Assembly: GCA_963662335.2 (NCBI GenBank)
Contig: CAXXVD010000005.1
Location: 638,027-702,026 of the forward strand
DNA: 64,000 nt
Direction: 5' to 3'
Source: Chloroflexota bacterium
Lineage (GTDB): Bacteria > Chloroflexota > UBA11872 > VXOZ01
Position 1 is the first letter of the stretch. Every line of letters starts with the position of its first letter. The translations under genes were made by a program, and so were the position numbers. The notes beneath the pieces were generated by a model. It was not told where the DNA came from and made no database searches. It saw only the letters and a program-made list of their open reading frames with translations. Shown here piece by piece: positions 18,429 to 27,885 of the stretch.

Positions 18429-19898
18429 TCAGGCAGCGGCGGGAAGAGCGGCAAGCTGCTGCAACTCTTCCAGAGCGCGCTGCACGGCCGCGTCCTCCTC
18501 CAGCGAATCCGTGATGTCGGCTTCCATCTCGATATCGGGGGTGATGCCCACGTTTGAAATCGACTCTCTGCCCGGCGTCAGCCAGCGCGCGATGGTGACG
18601 CGCAGTTGCGAGCCGTCGCTCAGGTCGTGGGGCAACTGCACCGTGCCCTTGCCAAACGTGCGCTGACCGATGATGACGGCGCGCTCGTAGTGGGCCAGCG
18701 CGCCGGCCACGATCTCCGAGGCGCTGGCGCTGCGTTCGTTCACGAGGACGACGAGGGGAATATCCAGCGCCACCCCGCCTCTGTCCGCTCGATACGGGCG
18801 CTGCTGATTGGCCTGCTCTTCATAGAGGACCACCGTGCGGGGCGCCAGGAACTCGCTCGTTACGCTAATCGCCGAGCGGAGCAAACCGCCCGGATTGTCG
18901 CGCAGATCGAGAATCAGGCCGGGCGCTTCGCCTTCCGCCAATGTTTCCAGCTTCGCGTGCAACTCTTCGGCGGTGAGCGCGCCAAAGCCCCACAGCCGTA
19001 TGTAGCCCACGTTGCCCTGGAGCATTTCCATCGAGAGCGAGGGGATGTCAATTTCCGCGCGGGTGAGAGTCAGGTCGAACGGCTCCTCCTCACCGCGCTT
19101 GATCGTCAGCACCACGTCCGTGCCCGCCTTGCCGCGAATGCGCAAGGCCGCCTGCTCCGGCGAGAAGCCGGCGATGGACGTTCCGTCCACGGCCAGAATG
19201 ACGTCGCCTGCCTTCAGGCCGCCCTTCCTGGCCGGGGACTTTTCAAATACCTGGTTGACGGTTATCTGCCCGTCTCTCTCCTCGATGCGCGCGCCGATGC
19301 CTTGGAACTTCTGGCGGGTCTGCTCCCGCGCCCGTTCGCTAATCGAGGGATCGAGCAGAACGGTGTGCGGATCGCCGAGGGTCTCCAACATGCCGCGAAT
19401 TGCGCCGCGCATCATGGCGTCGCGGTCCTGCGGCTGCTCGTAGAACTCTTGCGAAACCGTACTCCACACCTGCTGGAAGAATTCCCGTCTCTCTTCTTCG
19501 CCCGCCGGCGGCTCGTCGTGCAGCAGGCCGGGCATGACACCGGAGAACACCTGCGCCTGCGGTTGCGAGGGATCGAGAAGGACCGTATGCGGTTGGCCGA
19601 GAGTCTCCAGCACGCCGCGGACTGCTCCGCGAATCATGGCGGCGTGATCCATCGGCTGCTCGTAGAACTCCGCCGAGACGATTTCCCATACCTGCAGGAA
19701 GAGTTCCCACTCCTCTTCCTGCGCCTCCGGCGGCGCGGCCGGCAAGAAACCAGGAATGACGCCCGAGATCACGTGCGCCAACGGCTGCACCGGTGAGCCG
19801 GGGGTACTCGCCGCGTAGCCGACCGCAAAGGCCCCCGCGCCAATCGTCAGAACAAGCGCCAGCGTCAGGAGAATCGGCAGGAAAGGCTTGCGCTTCAT
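18429..19898 (-). CDS. ctpA: S41 C-terminal processing protease (PDZ) with a duplicated N-terminal helical domain
   Basis: FQGIGA PDZ, LDLRDNPGG, SASASE, TFGKGTVQ; N-terminal TM. Confidence 0.9.
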   Translation of the reverse strand: MKRKPFLPILLTLALVLTIGAGAFAVGYAASTPGSPVQPLAHVISGVIPGFLPAAPPEAQEEEWELFLQVWEIVSAEFYEQPMDHAAMIRGAVRGVLETLGQPHTVLLDPSQPQAQVFSGVMPGLLHDEPPAGEEERREFFQQVWSTVSQEFYEQPQDRDAMMRGAIRGMLETLGDPHTVLLDPSISERAREQTRQKFQGIGARIEERDGQITVNQVFEKSPARKGGLKAGDVILAVDGTSIAGFSPEQAALRIRGKAGTDVVLTIKRGEEEPFDLTLTRAEIDIPSLSMEMLQGNVGYIRLWGFGALTAEELHAKLETLAEGEAPGLILDLRDNPGGLLRSAISVTSEFLAPRTVVLYEEQANQQRPYRADRGGVALDIPLVVLVNERSASASEIVAGALAHYERAVIIGQRTFGKGTVQLPHDLSDGSQLRVTIARWLTPGRESISNVGITPDIEMEADITDSLEEDAAVQRALEELQQLAALPAAA

Positions 19899-20051
19899 GG
19901 GTTGCACTCTCGCGCGAGAACGGCGCTCTCTCAGAAAGCGTACGGTGCGCACGTCACGTCTCCGTGTACCCCCACGATAGCACAGCATCGGACGAGAAAC
20001 AACCGCGCCCACGCCCGGCGCGGCCGCCGCAGCGTTGCGCGAGCGTTCAAT

Positions 20052-20080
20052 TTGATTCTCGACCGCCGCGCGCGTATCAT
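20052..20080 (+). promoter_or_regulatory. Putative sigma70 promoter of tatA
   Basis: TTGATT-17 bp-TATCAT. Confidence 0.5.
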
Positions 20081-20126
20081 GGAAAGCAGACTTGCACTCG
20101 CCACCGGCATGAAAGGGTAAATAGGA

Positions 20127-20384
20127 ATGCTTGGCACATTTGGGTGGACGGAACTCCTCATCATTCTGGTCATCATCGTCATTCTCTTTGGCGGGAGCCG
20201 CATCGCGGGTCTTGGCGGCTCGTTGGGCAAGAGCATTCGCGAGTTCCGCACGGCCATGAAGGAAGAGGAAGAGGACGGCGATACTGGGGACGAGAAGAAA
20301 GCCGAATCCGCCGCGGCCGCTGAGGCAAAGAAAGAGTCTTCCGACGAGTCCGCCAGCAGCGGGGACGAATCCAAGAAGAGCTAG
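20127..20384 (+). CDS. tatA: Twin-arginine translocase TatA/E
   Basis: G..ELLIILVI..ILFG..RI..LG.SLGKSIREFR. Confidence 0.93.
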   Translation: MLGTFGWTELLIILVIIVILFGGSRIAGLGGSLGKSIREFRTAMKEEEEDGDTGDEKKAESAAAAEAKKESSDESASSGDESKKS

Positions 20385-20390
20385 CGCGTA

Positions 20391-21104
20391 GTGCTGACGC
20401 GACAGCGGCTGGGCCGGCTGTGCGCCGCCGTCTGTGACTCCGGCGGCGCGCCCACGGAACCGGAAGCGCCGTTCTCGCTGCGTCGCCTCTACGTGAGCGA
20501 TATTCCCGCTCTCATACGCTTCAACCGGTGGTTGCTCCTGCTAACCGCCGGTGCGTTTTTCCTGGGCATTCTCGGCGGCGCCGCGCTGGCGGAGGCGTCT
20601 CCCCAGGCGACGCGGGCCGTCCTGAACGCCTACGCCGCGCAGATCGAGCGCCTGGGCGGACTTGAGGGCATTACCACGGCGGCAATCCTGCGCAACAACC
20701 TGCGCGTCATGCTCCTTAGCCCGCTGCTGGCCGTGTTCACGCTGGGGCTCTATCCGCTGCTGATCGTCATTCTGCCCGGCGTTCTTCTGGGAATGCTCGG
20801 CGCGCACTTCGATTCGGTCACGCCGCTGGTGGGCGTCCTGCTGGTGCTGCCCCACGGCGTTTTCGAGATTCCCGCAATTCTCTGCGGCAGCGTACTCTCT
20901 ATGCGCCTTGCCTGGTCGCTCTTCCGGCCCGTGCCCACACTCAGCCTACTGGAGAACGTGGTCTGGGCCGCCGCCAATCTCTGCAAGGGCTACGTCTTCT
21001 TGGTAATTCCGCTCCTTATCGTTGCCGCCTGGGTCGAAGTAAACGTCACCGGCGGCATCGCCCGCTGGCTTGCCGGCCTGGGGGCAATTCCCACCGTTCC
21101 GTAG
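20391..21104 (+). CDS. SpoIIM-family membrane protein
   Basis: IL.NNLRV, LPHGVFEIPA, IVAAWVEV. Confidence 0.8.
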   Translation: MLTRQRLGRLCAAVCDSGGAPTEPEAPFSLRRLYVSDIPALIRFNRWLLLLTAGAFFLGILGGAALAEASPQATRAVLNAYAAQIERLGGLEGITTAAILRNNLRVMLLSPLLAVFTLGLYPLLIVILPGVLLGMLGAHFDSVTPLVGVLLVLPHGVFEIPAILCGSVLSMRLAWSLFRPVPTLSLLENVVWAAANLCKGYVFLVIPLLIVAAWVEVNVTGGIARWLAGLGAIPTVP

Positions 21105-21161
21105 GCAGCGCGTGCTACAATTGGAGTGGCAAACAAACGGAGTCCCAAGGTAAACACGCTC

Positions 21162-22250
21162 ATGAGCGCCACACAACCCACAACCGCCTCCAGAGTCCAG
21201 AAAGTGCGCGACCGGCTTCCAGAACTCGAAGCGGACGCGCTCCTGGTGAGCAACGACTACAACCGCCGCTATCTTTCCGGTTTCACCGGCAGTTCCGGCT
21301 GGCTGCTGCTCAGCGCCGCCGACGCGCTGCTCATTACCGACTCCCGCTACACCGAGCAGGCGGGCAAGCAGGCCGGCGGCTTCACAATCGTGCCGCAGGC
21401 CGGCGCGTTCGCCCCCGTGTTCCGCGACCTCTGCGCGGAGCACGGTTTCCGGCGCGTGGCTTTCGAAAGCGCGCACGTGAGCGTCGCCGACCACGATTCC
21501 TATGTTGAAAAGTTGGAGGGCGCCGTAGACCTCGTTCCCGCCAAGGGCGTAGTGGAAAAGATCCGCGTTTCCAAAGAGCCGGACGAAGTGGCCGCCCTGC
21601 GGCGCGCCATCGCCATCGCGGACGACGCCCTGGCCGAACTGCTGCCGTGGCTGCGGCCCGGCATGACCGAAAAGGCGGTGGCGTGGCGCTTGGAAGTGCT
21701 GATGCGGGAGGCCGGCGCGGATGGGCTTTCCTTTCCCTCCATCGTGGCCGGCGGCCCCAACGGCGCCATGCCCCACCACCGGCCGGGTGAAGACCCGCTT
21801 CCCCGCGACGCCTTCATCGTCATGGACTTCGGCTGCATCGCCGGCGGCTACTGCTCGGACATGACCCGCACCGTCGCGCTCGGCGCGCCCGCGCCGGAGA
21901 TGCGGGAGATTTACACCGTAGTTCTGGACGCGCAGGAAACCGCCGCGGCCCAGGTGCGCGCGGGCATGACCGGCGTCGAGGCCGACGCGCTGGCGCGGGA
22001 CGTCATCGAGGCCGCCGGCCACGGCGACCACTTCGGCCACGGCCTGGGGCACGGCGTGGGCCTGCAAATTCATGAAGCCCCGCGCCTCTCGCCCTTCGCC
22101 GGGGACACGCCGCTGCCGGCCGGCGCGGTCTTCTCTATCGAACCCGGCGTCTACCTGCCCGGCGTGGGCGGCGTGCGCATCGAGGACCTCGTGCTGCTGC
22201 GCGACGACGGCGCCGAGACGCTCACCGGCTCGCCGAAACTCAGATTCTAA
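21162..22250 (+). CDS. Xaa-Pro aminopeptidase/dipeptidase (M24B)
   Basis: YLSGFTGS, TDSRY, DFG...GYCSDMTRT, HGLGHGVGL.IHEAP, IEPG.Y, GVRIED. Confidence 0.93.
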   Translation: MSATQPTTASRVQKVRDRLPELEADALLVSNDYNRRYLSGFTGSSGWLLLSAADALLITDSRYTEQAGKQAGGFTIVPQAGAFAPVFRDLCAEHGFRRVAFESAHVSVADHDSYVEKLEGAVDLVPAKGVVEKIRVSKEPDEVAALRRAIAIADDALAELLPWLRPGMTEKAVAWRLEVLMREAGADGLSFPSIVAGGPNGAMPHHRPGEDPLPRDAFIVMDFGCIAGGYCSDMTRTVALGAPAPEMREIYTVVLDAQETAAAQVRAGMTGVEADALARDVIEAAGHGDHFGHGLGHGVGLQIHEAPRLSPFAGDTPLPAGAVFSIEPGVYLPGVGGVRIEDLVLLRDDGAETLTGSPKLRF

Positions 22251-22283
22251 ACGCATGACACGTAGTGCAGGAGGCATTGCGCA

Positions 22284-22850
22284 TTGATTGACACGGGTGA
22301 CTTGCGGCGCGGCGTCGTCATCGAATACGAGGACGCCATCTTCCGGCTGGAAGACGTAAAGCACATCAAGATGGGACGCGGCGGCGCGGTCGTGCGCCTC
22401 AAGTTGCGCCACGTGCAGGACGGACACATCATCGACCGCACCTGCGACGCCGGCGCGCGCTTCCGCCGCATCCGGCTGGAGCAGCGGCCGGCCCAGTTCC
22501 TCTACCCGGACGGCGACGTCTTCCACTTCATGGACACGGAATCCTACGACGAAATCCTGGTGGACGGCGGGCTGCTGGGCAACAGCGCGCGCTTCCTGAA
22601 AGACGGCGCTACCGTCGAGCTTGAGATGCACGGCGAGCGTGTCCTGGACGTGGCCCTGCCGCCTTCCATCGAACTCGAGGTAGCCGACACCACGCCCGGC
22701 GTCAAGGGCGATACCGCGGCCGGCGGCACGAAACCCGCCACCCTGGAGACCGGCCTGGTCGTCAACGTGCCGCTCTTCGTGAGCGTGGGCGAAACGATTC
22801 GCGTCGACACGCGCACGAGCAGCTATATCGAACGGGTGCGCGCAACGTGA
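22284..22850 (+). CDS. efp: Elongation factor P (Arg-tip variant, KMGRGG)
   Basis: FMD.E.Y, PGVKGDTA.GG.KPATLETG..V.VPLFV..G. Confidence 0.95.
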   Translation: MIDTGDLRRGVVIEYEDAIFRLEDVKHIKMGRGGAVVRLKLRHVQDGHIIDRTCDAGARFRRIRLEQRPAQFLYPDGDVFHFMDTESYDEILVDGGLLGNSARFLKDGATVELEMHGERVLDVALPPSIELEVADTTPGVKGDTAAGGTKPATLETGLVVNVPLFVSVGETIRVDTRTSSYIERVRAT

Positions 22851-23365
22851 GCGAGCAAGACACGCCGGGCGCGCAACCTTCCGCCGCGCCAGACCCCGCG
22901 TCGGCTTCGTCCAGGTCGCTGCAAGAGGTTGTGGACGAGTGGCTGCAACCGCTCCTGGATCTGGTTGCCAACTCCGACGTGGAAGAGCTTACCGTGGAGC
23001 ATCAGGGCGTGCGCGTGGCGCTCAAGCGCACGGCGCAGGGAGTTTCGGTCGCCGCGCCGCCTCCACCAGCGGCTTCGGCGGAAGAGAGCGAGCCGGAGTT
23101 GCGCGTGGTGCACGCGGGCCGGGTAGGGGTCTTTGCCCGCGGCCGCGATGAGGGGCAACGCGCCGTCGTCGATGAAGGCGCGCCGGTGGCGGAGGGGCAA
23201 CTGCTGGGCTACATCGAGGTGCTGAACGTGCGCAACGAGGTGCACGCGCCCTCTGCCGGCACCCTGGAACGCTTTCTGGTGGAGTCGCGGCAGCCGGTCG
23301 AGTACGGCCAGCCGCTCGCCCTCATCCAACCCACAGCCGAACCGCCGGTGGACGACGTGGAATAG
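22847..23365 (+). CDS. BCCP (AccB)-like protein lacking the biotinylated lysine
   Basis: AccB-like N-terminus, linker, V..GQ.L.YIE, VEYGQPL; EVLNV replaces EAMKM. Confidence 0.75.
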   Translation: MSEQDTPGAQPSAAPDPASASSRSLQEVVDEWLQPLLDLVANSDVEELTVEHQGVRVALKRTAQGVSVAAPPPPAASAEESEPELRVVHAGRVGVFARGRDEGQRAVVDEGAPVAEGQLLGYIEVLNVRNEVHAPSAGTLERFLVESRQPVEYGQPLALIQPTAEPPVDDVE

Positions 23366-23457
23366 CCGCGCGTGGCGGCGGCTGTACGTTTAACGCGGAT
23401 TTCACCGCGTCTCTGTTCAGGCCGCGCATGGCAATGAAACGCCGGCCGGCTGCGTGT

Positions 23458-23551
23458 TCGTCACCCCGGCGAAAGCGTGACCGTCACTCCGGCGAAAGCC
23501 AGAGTCCAGGCAATCAAGAGAAGATGGATTCCGGCTTTCGCCGGAATGACG
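23458..23551. repeat. CGTC-type REP cluster (GTCA.TCCGGCGAAAGCC.GA.TCCAG and an inverted copy)
   Basis: Relatives at 26337, 39400 and 42394. Confidence 0.8.
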
Positions 23552-24178
23552 AACGGTGAACTGGATTTTCATAATGAGACGCCTTCTCCTATAGCGTATT
23601 CATGGACTAGTGTATGCATCGACACCTTCTACGCCAAGCATAGAGCCGAATGGCGCGCCTGGCTGCAAGAACACCACGCCCGCGCCACGGAAATCTGGCT
23701 CGTCTACTACCGAAAAGCGACCGGCAAGCCCCGCGTCTCCTACAACGACGCCGTGGCGGAAGCGCTCTGCTTTGGCTGGGTAGACAGCCAGCAGAAGGGC
23801 ATCGATGAAGAGCGCTTTGCCCAGCGGTTCTCGCCCCGCAAGCCGGGCAGCAACTGGTCGGAGATGAACAAAGCGCGCCTGCGCAAGCTCATCGCCCAGG
23901 GCCTGATGGCCCCGGCCGGCCTCGCCGCCGCGCGGGACGTGCGCCTGGACGAGCCGTTCGAGATTCCGCCCGACATCGCGGCCGCCCTGAAACAAGACCC
24001 CCAAACCTGGCAGCGCTTCCAGAACTTCCCGGAAGACTACCGGCGCATCCGGATCGCCTTCATCGAAACCGCCCGCAAACGACCGGCGGAGTTCGCGAAG
24101 CGTCTAGAGCATCTCGTCAAGATGACCGCCCAGAACAAGACCTTCGGCTACGTGAAGGAGTTCGCAGGCAACGACTAG
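23546..24178 (+). CDS. YdeI/OmpD-associated family protein (start uncertain)
   Basis: WRAWL.EHH...EIWLVYY.K, EALCFGWVDS, FSPRK..SNWS..NK.R, IP.DI..AL. Confidence 0.85.
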   Translation: MTNGELDFHNETPSPIAYSWTSVCIDTFYAKHRAEWRAWLQEHHARATEIWLVYYRKATGKPRVSYNDAVAEALCFGWVDSQQKGIDEERFAQRFSPRKPGSNWSEMNKARLRKLIAQGLMAPAGLAAARDVRLDEPFEIPPDIAAALKQDPQTWQRFQNFPEDYRRIRIAFIETARKRPAEFAKRLEHLVKMTAQNKTFGYVKEFAGND

Positions 24179-24396
24179 GGCGAATTCCACCAACTCTCGG
24201 GGAAGTTTCAGAACGCCCGCGATTCGTGCTATTCTCGAATTAAGGCGCAAGATTCGCCGGGAAGGTTCTTGCTCTTATCTTTGGTGCGTCCACATCTGCG
24301 CCGCCAGCACCATCGCGTTGTGTTCAGAAAACCCGAGTCCAGCTAGGCCATCTTCATCAACATCCTGGTCCCTATCCCACACTCTAAGGAGAGGCA

Positions 24397-25425
24397 ATGG
24401 CGGAAACCTTGACTTCAACTGCCGTGGCTGCGACCCGCGACGCCAAAGACAGCGCGATCGTCGTTGCCGGGCTGCGCAAGTCTTTCAAAGAACTGGAAGT
24501 GCTCAAGGGCGTAGACTTCGCCGTGGCGCGGGGGAGCATCCTGGCGCTGCTGGGCCCCAATGGGGCCGGCAAGACGACCATCATCCGTATCCTGAGCACG
24601 CTGCTGCCGCCGGACGGCGGCCGGGCCGAAGTCAACGGCCATGACGTGACCCGTGAGGCCGACCAGGTGCGCAAGAGCATCGGGCTTACCGGCCAGTACG
24701 CGGCGGTGGACGAATACTTGACCGGCGAGGAAAACCTGCTCATGCTGGGGCGGCTCTACCGCCTGAGCCGGGCCGACACCAAGCGCCGCGCCCGCGACTT
24801 GCTGGAGCAATTCGAGTTGACCGACGCGGCCGGGCGTCAAGTGAAGACCTATTCGGGCGGTATGCGCCGCCGCCTGGATCTCGCCATGAGCCTCATCGCC
24901 TCGCCGCCGGTGATCTTTCTGGATGAACCGACCACGGGGCTGGATCCCCGCAGCCGGCTGGCGCTCTGGGAGATGATCAAGCGGCTTTCGGCCAGCGACG
25001 TCACGATTCTGCTCACCACGCAGTACATGGAAGAGGCCGACCAACTGGCGGACCAGATCGTCGTCATCGACCACGGCGACGTGATCGCGGCCGGCACCGC
25101 GGACGAACTCAAGGCCCGGGTCGGCGCGACGCGGTTGGACATCGTCATCGCCGCCGGCGGCGATTTCGCGGCGGCGGAACGAACGCTGGCGGGCCAGACC
25201 ATGCACGTGGACCCCAAGCGGCGGCTGATGTGCATTGCCAGCCACAGCGGCGTCCACGAACTGCGCGAAGCTCTGCGCCGGCTGGAAGAGGCCGGCGTGG
25301 AAGTGGAGAACGTCGCCATGCACCGTCCGACGCTGGATGACGTCTTCCTAACCCTCACCGGGGCGGCGGCAACACCCGAATCCAACAACAATACGGCAAG
25401 TGACCAAGAGAAGAACTCAGCATGA
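24397..25425 (+). CDS. DrrA-like ABC exporter ATPase
   Basis: GPNGAGKTT, GLTGQYAAVD, YSGGMRRRLD, LDEPTTGLDP, LTTQYMEEA, PTLDDVFL. Confidence 0.92.
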   Translation: MAETLTSTAVAATRDAKDSAIVVAGLRKSFKELEVLKGVDFAVARGSILALLGPNGAGKTTIIRILSTLLPPDGGRAEVNGHDVTREADQVRKSIGLTGQYAAVDEYLTGEENLLMLGRLYRLSRADTKRRARDLLEQFELTDAAGRQVKTYSGGMRRRLDLAMSLIASPPVIFLDEPTTGLDPRSRLALWEMIKRLSASDVTILLTTQYMEEADQLADQIVVIDHGDVIAAGTADELKARVGATRLDIVIAAGGDFAAAERTLAGQTMHVDPKRRLMCIASHSGVHELREALRRLEEAGVEVENVAMHRPTLDDVFLTLTGAAATPESNNNTASDQEKNSA

Positions 25426-26234
25426 ATCAAGAATCCTCTTTGCTCGTGGAAACGCAGCCGGTAAAGCGACCGGAAATCTTCTGGATGCTGGACAATTACT
25501 GGGTGCTGACCAAACGCAGCCTCAGGCACATCACCCGCAACATCGACCAGTTGCTCTCGACCTTCCTGATGCCCGTGATGTTCCTGCTGCTCTTCCGCTA
25601 CGTCTTTGGCGGCGCAATCAATACCGGGGAAACGAGTTATGTCAACTATCTCGTCGCCGGCATCCTGGTGCAAACGGCCGCGTTTGGCGCCAATACGACG
25701 ACCTTCAGCGTTTTGGTCGATCTCCAGCGGGGCATTGTCGACCGCTTCCGCGCGCTGCCGATGGCGAGTTCGGCGCTGCTGGCGGCGCACGTGATCGCCG
25801 ACCTGGCGCGCAACACCATCTCGGCTTTGGTCATGCTCGCGGCGAGCTTTCTCGTGGGCTTCCGGCCCACGGCGGATCCTACCGAATGGCTGCTCGTACT
25901 CGGCCTGTTGTTGGTCTTTACGCTGGCAATTTCGTGGATTTCCGCCATCCTGGGCATGGTCGTCAAGTCGCTGCAGGCGGCGCAGTGGGCCGGTTTCATG
26001 GTGCTCATGCCGCTCACCTTTGGCAGCAGCGCGTTCGTGCCTACGGCCAGCATGCCCACCGTGCTGCGCGTCTTTGCCGAAAACCAGCCGATTACGCACG
26101 TAATCGAAGCCATGCGCGCCTGGATGGTCGGCACGCCCATCGGCAACAGCGGCTGGCTGGCGCTGGCCTGGTGCGTCGGCATCATCGCGGTCGCAATGCC
26201 GGTGGCCACGTGGATGTTCCGGCGGCGCGTCTAG
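25422..26234 (+). CDS. DrrB-like ABC-2 permease
   Basis: PVMFLLLF.YVFGGAI, G..DRFR.LPM, SSAFVP..MP, NQPIT. Confidence 0.9.
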   Translation: MNQESSLLVETQPVKRPEIFWMLDNYWVLTKRSLRHITRNIDQLLSTFLMPVMFLLLFRYVFGGAINTGETSYVNYLVAGILVQTAAFGANTTTFSVLVDLQRGIVDRFRALPMASSALLAAHVIADLARNTISALVMLAASFLVGFRPTADPTEWLLVLGLLLVFTLAISWISAILGMVVKSLQAAQWAGFMVLMPLTFGSSAFVPTASMPTVLRVFAENQPITHVIEAMRAWMVGTPIGNSGWLALAWCVGIIAVAMPVATWMFRRRV

Positions 26235-26336
26235 CGCGCAGACTCAAGTGGGGGTTCGCTCACCGGCGCGCGTGCGCAACCGGCGCTATGGGCCGCGGCA
26301 GAGGGGTTCGTCCCCAGGGAGACCTTTGCGAAACTC

Positions 26337-26477
26337 CGTCATTCCGGCGAAAGCCGGAATCCAGAGGCGCCAATACAGCTACAAGTGCATGAAGTCAAGC
26401 CTTTTGACCCCCATCCCAACCCCCCAAATGGAAGGGGTATGCAAAGGTCTCCGGCGGGGGACAAGCCCCCGCGCTAC
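26337..26477. repeat. REP cluster (CGTC-type, CCCCATCCC-type and GTAG-type)
   Basis: Matches the families seen elsewhere in the window. Confidence 0.75.
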
Positions 26478-26513
26478 ATTGGTGTGACAGCATTGGGGGG
26501 GATACCACCGGCC

Positions 26514-26645
26514 TCCCGCAGCGGGGCACGGGGTGGTTTTGGACTTTAAACACGAAAGCCGCCTGGGGCGCGGCGCTTGGGAACGGGCGCCGGGCCGTTG
26601 CGGCTCTGTATTCCTTTGCGGTGGACTGTCCGTGCGGCTGGGGGA
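26514..26645. ncRNA. Candidate structured RNA, long hairpin with central bubble (6S-like)
   Basis: Nested stems TCCC.CAGC/GCTG.GGGA, GCACGG/CCGTGC, AGCCGC/GCGGCT and CGGCGC/GCGCCG around an unpaired ~18-nt bubble. Confidence 0.35.
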
Positions 26646-26658
26646 ACTTAGGCGCGGT

Positions 26659-27885
26659 CTAGCGCAGCCACTTGTTGGGGTTATTCGGAACGTTATCCAA
26701 ACGAATCTCGAAGTGGAGATGCGGGCCGCTGGTGAAGCCGGTCATGCCAACGAAGCCGATCGTCTGGCCTCTGTGCACTTGGCTGCCCTCCTTAACCGGC
26801 AGCGACCGGGCGTCGTCCAGGTGGGCGTAGACGGAAACCTCGTGCCAACTGTGTTGAATGATCACCCTCATGCCATAGGAACTCCAGCGCTCGCCCTGTA
26901 TAGCGTAGCCGACCTTGATTACGACTCCGTCCTGGCTGGCGCGGACGGGCGAGCCGCGCGCCACGGCGTAGTCTATGCCGCTGTGGAAGGCTTGCAGCCA
27001 CGTGCGCACACCGTAGCCGGCGCTGATCCAACCAGCTGCCGGGCGGCGCCAACCGGCTTCCGCATACTCGGGGAGCTTGATATTGTTCTTCTGCAGCCAC
27101 TCTATTGCCGCCTCGATATCGGCCGCAAGCTCCAGGTCAGCGACCTTTCTGCGCGCAATCTCCTGTTGCAGCGACGCATTCCGATACGAGGCGCTGGCGG
27201 CTTCCCGCTCGGCATTGACGAGCAGGACCTCTCTAGTGGCGAGTAAGTTCTGCAGATCCGCCTGCTGGCGGTCCAACTGCCGCTTTAGCGCGTCTACCTC
27301 CGCCTGCTTCTGCACGAGCGTGGCACGCTTGGCGTCCAACTCCGCCTTGCGCTCCTGGGTGGCGCGGACTTGGCGGAGGTCGTCGTCCAGTATGCGTCGG
27401 AAGAGCGTGACGCGATTGAGCGCATCGGAGAAGCTGGAGGAACTGAGGATGATCTCCAGGGGGGAAACGCGGCTGAGCTTGTAGACCGCGCGCAGGCGGC
27501 CGCTGGCTACTTCCTGCTCATCGGCGAGGATGGCCTCTTCACGGACGGTATCTTGCGTCAGGCGGTGAATCTCAACCTGGAGCCGGTCGATCTGAAACTG
27601 CGTAGCGTTGAGTTCCTCGATCTTGGCATAGAGAAGGTTTTCGACTTCCTGAAGATTGGCGGCGGCCGCGGCCTGGACCCGTTGCGTCCGCGCCGCTTCC
27701 TGTTGAGCTAGCTCCTGTTCGCTCTTTGCGCGCTCCAACTCTTGCTGGTTCTGTTTTTGCTTCTCTTGCAGTTCCCTAATATAGTCATTGTCAATGGTAC
27801 CTTCCGTACTCTCTGCGCCAAAGACAGCTTTAGGCGCTGCTACCAGCAGCGCGAGCAATGACCCCAGGACGCTACGCCGTCGCAC
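26659..27885 (-). CDS. Coiled-coil M23 peptidoglycan endopeptidase (EnvC/CwlO-like FtsEX partner)
   Basis: Signal peptide, long coiled coil, HSGID and GPHLHFE zinc motifs. Confidence 0.88.
   Translation of the reverse strand: MRRRSVLGSLLALLVAAPKAVFGAESTEGTIDNDYIRELQEKQKQNQQELERAKSEQELAQQEAARTQRVQAAAAANLQEVENLLYAKIEELNATQFQIDRLQVEIHRLTQDTVREEAILADEQEVASGRLRAVYKLSRVSPLEIILSSSSFSDALNRVTLFRRILDDDLRQVRATQERKAELDAKRATLVQKQAEVDALKRQLDRQQADLQNLLATREVLLVNAEREAASASYRNASLQQEIARRKVADLELAADIEAAIEWLQKNNIKLPEYAEAGWRRPAAGWISAGYGVRTWLQAFHSGIDYAVARGSPVRASQDGVVIKVGYAIQGERWSSYGMRVIIQHSWHEVSVYAHLDDARSLPVKEGSQVHRGQTIGFVGMTGFTSGPHLHFEIRLDNVPNNPNKWLR

Noticed and set aside
23477-23551. N-terminal extensions of predicted ORFs (also 51064-51228, 919-1044, 19899-20012)
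   Set aside because: Translated REP, intergenic or overlapping sequence (for example WIPAFAGMT); better starts exist downstream
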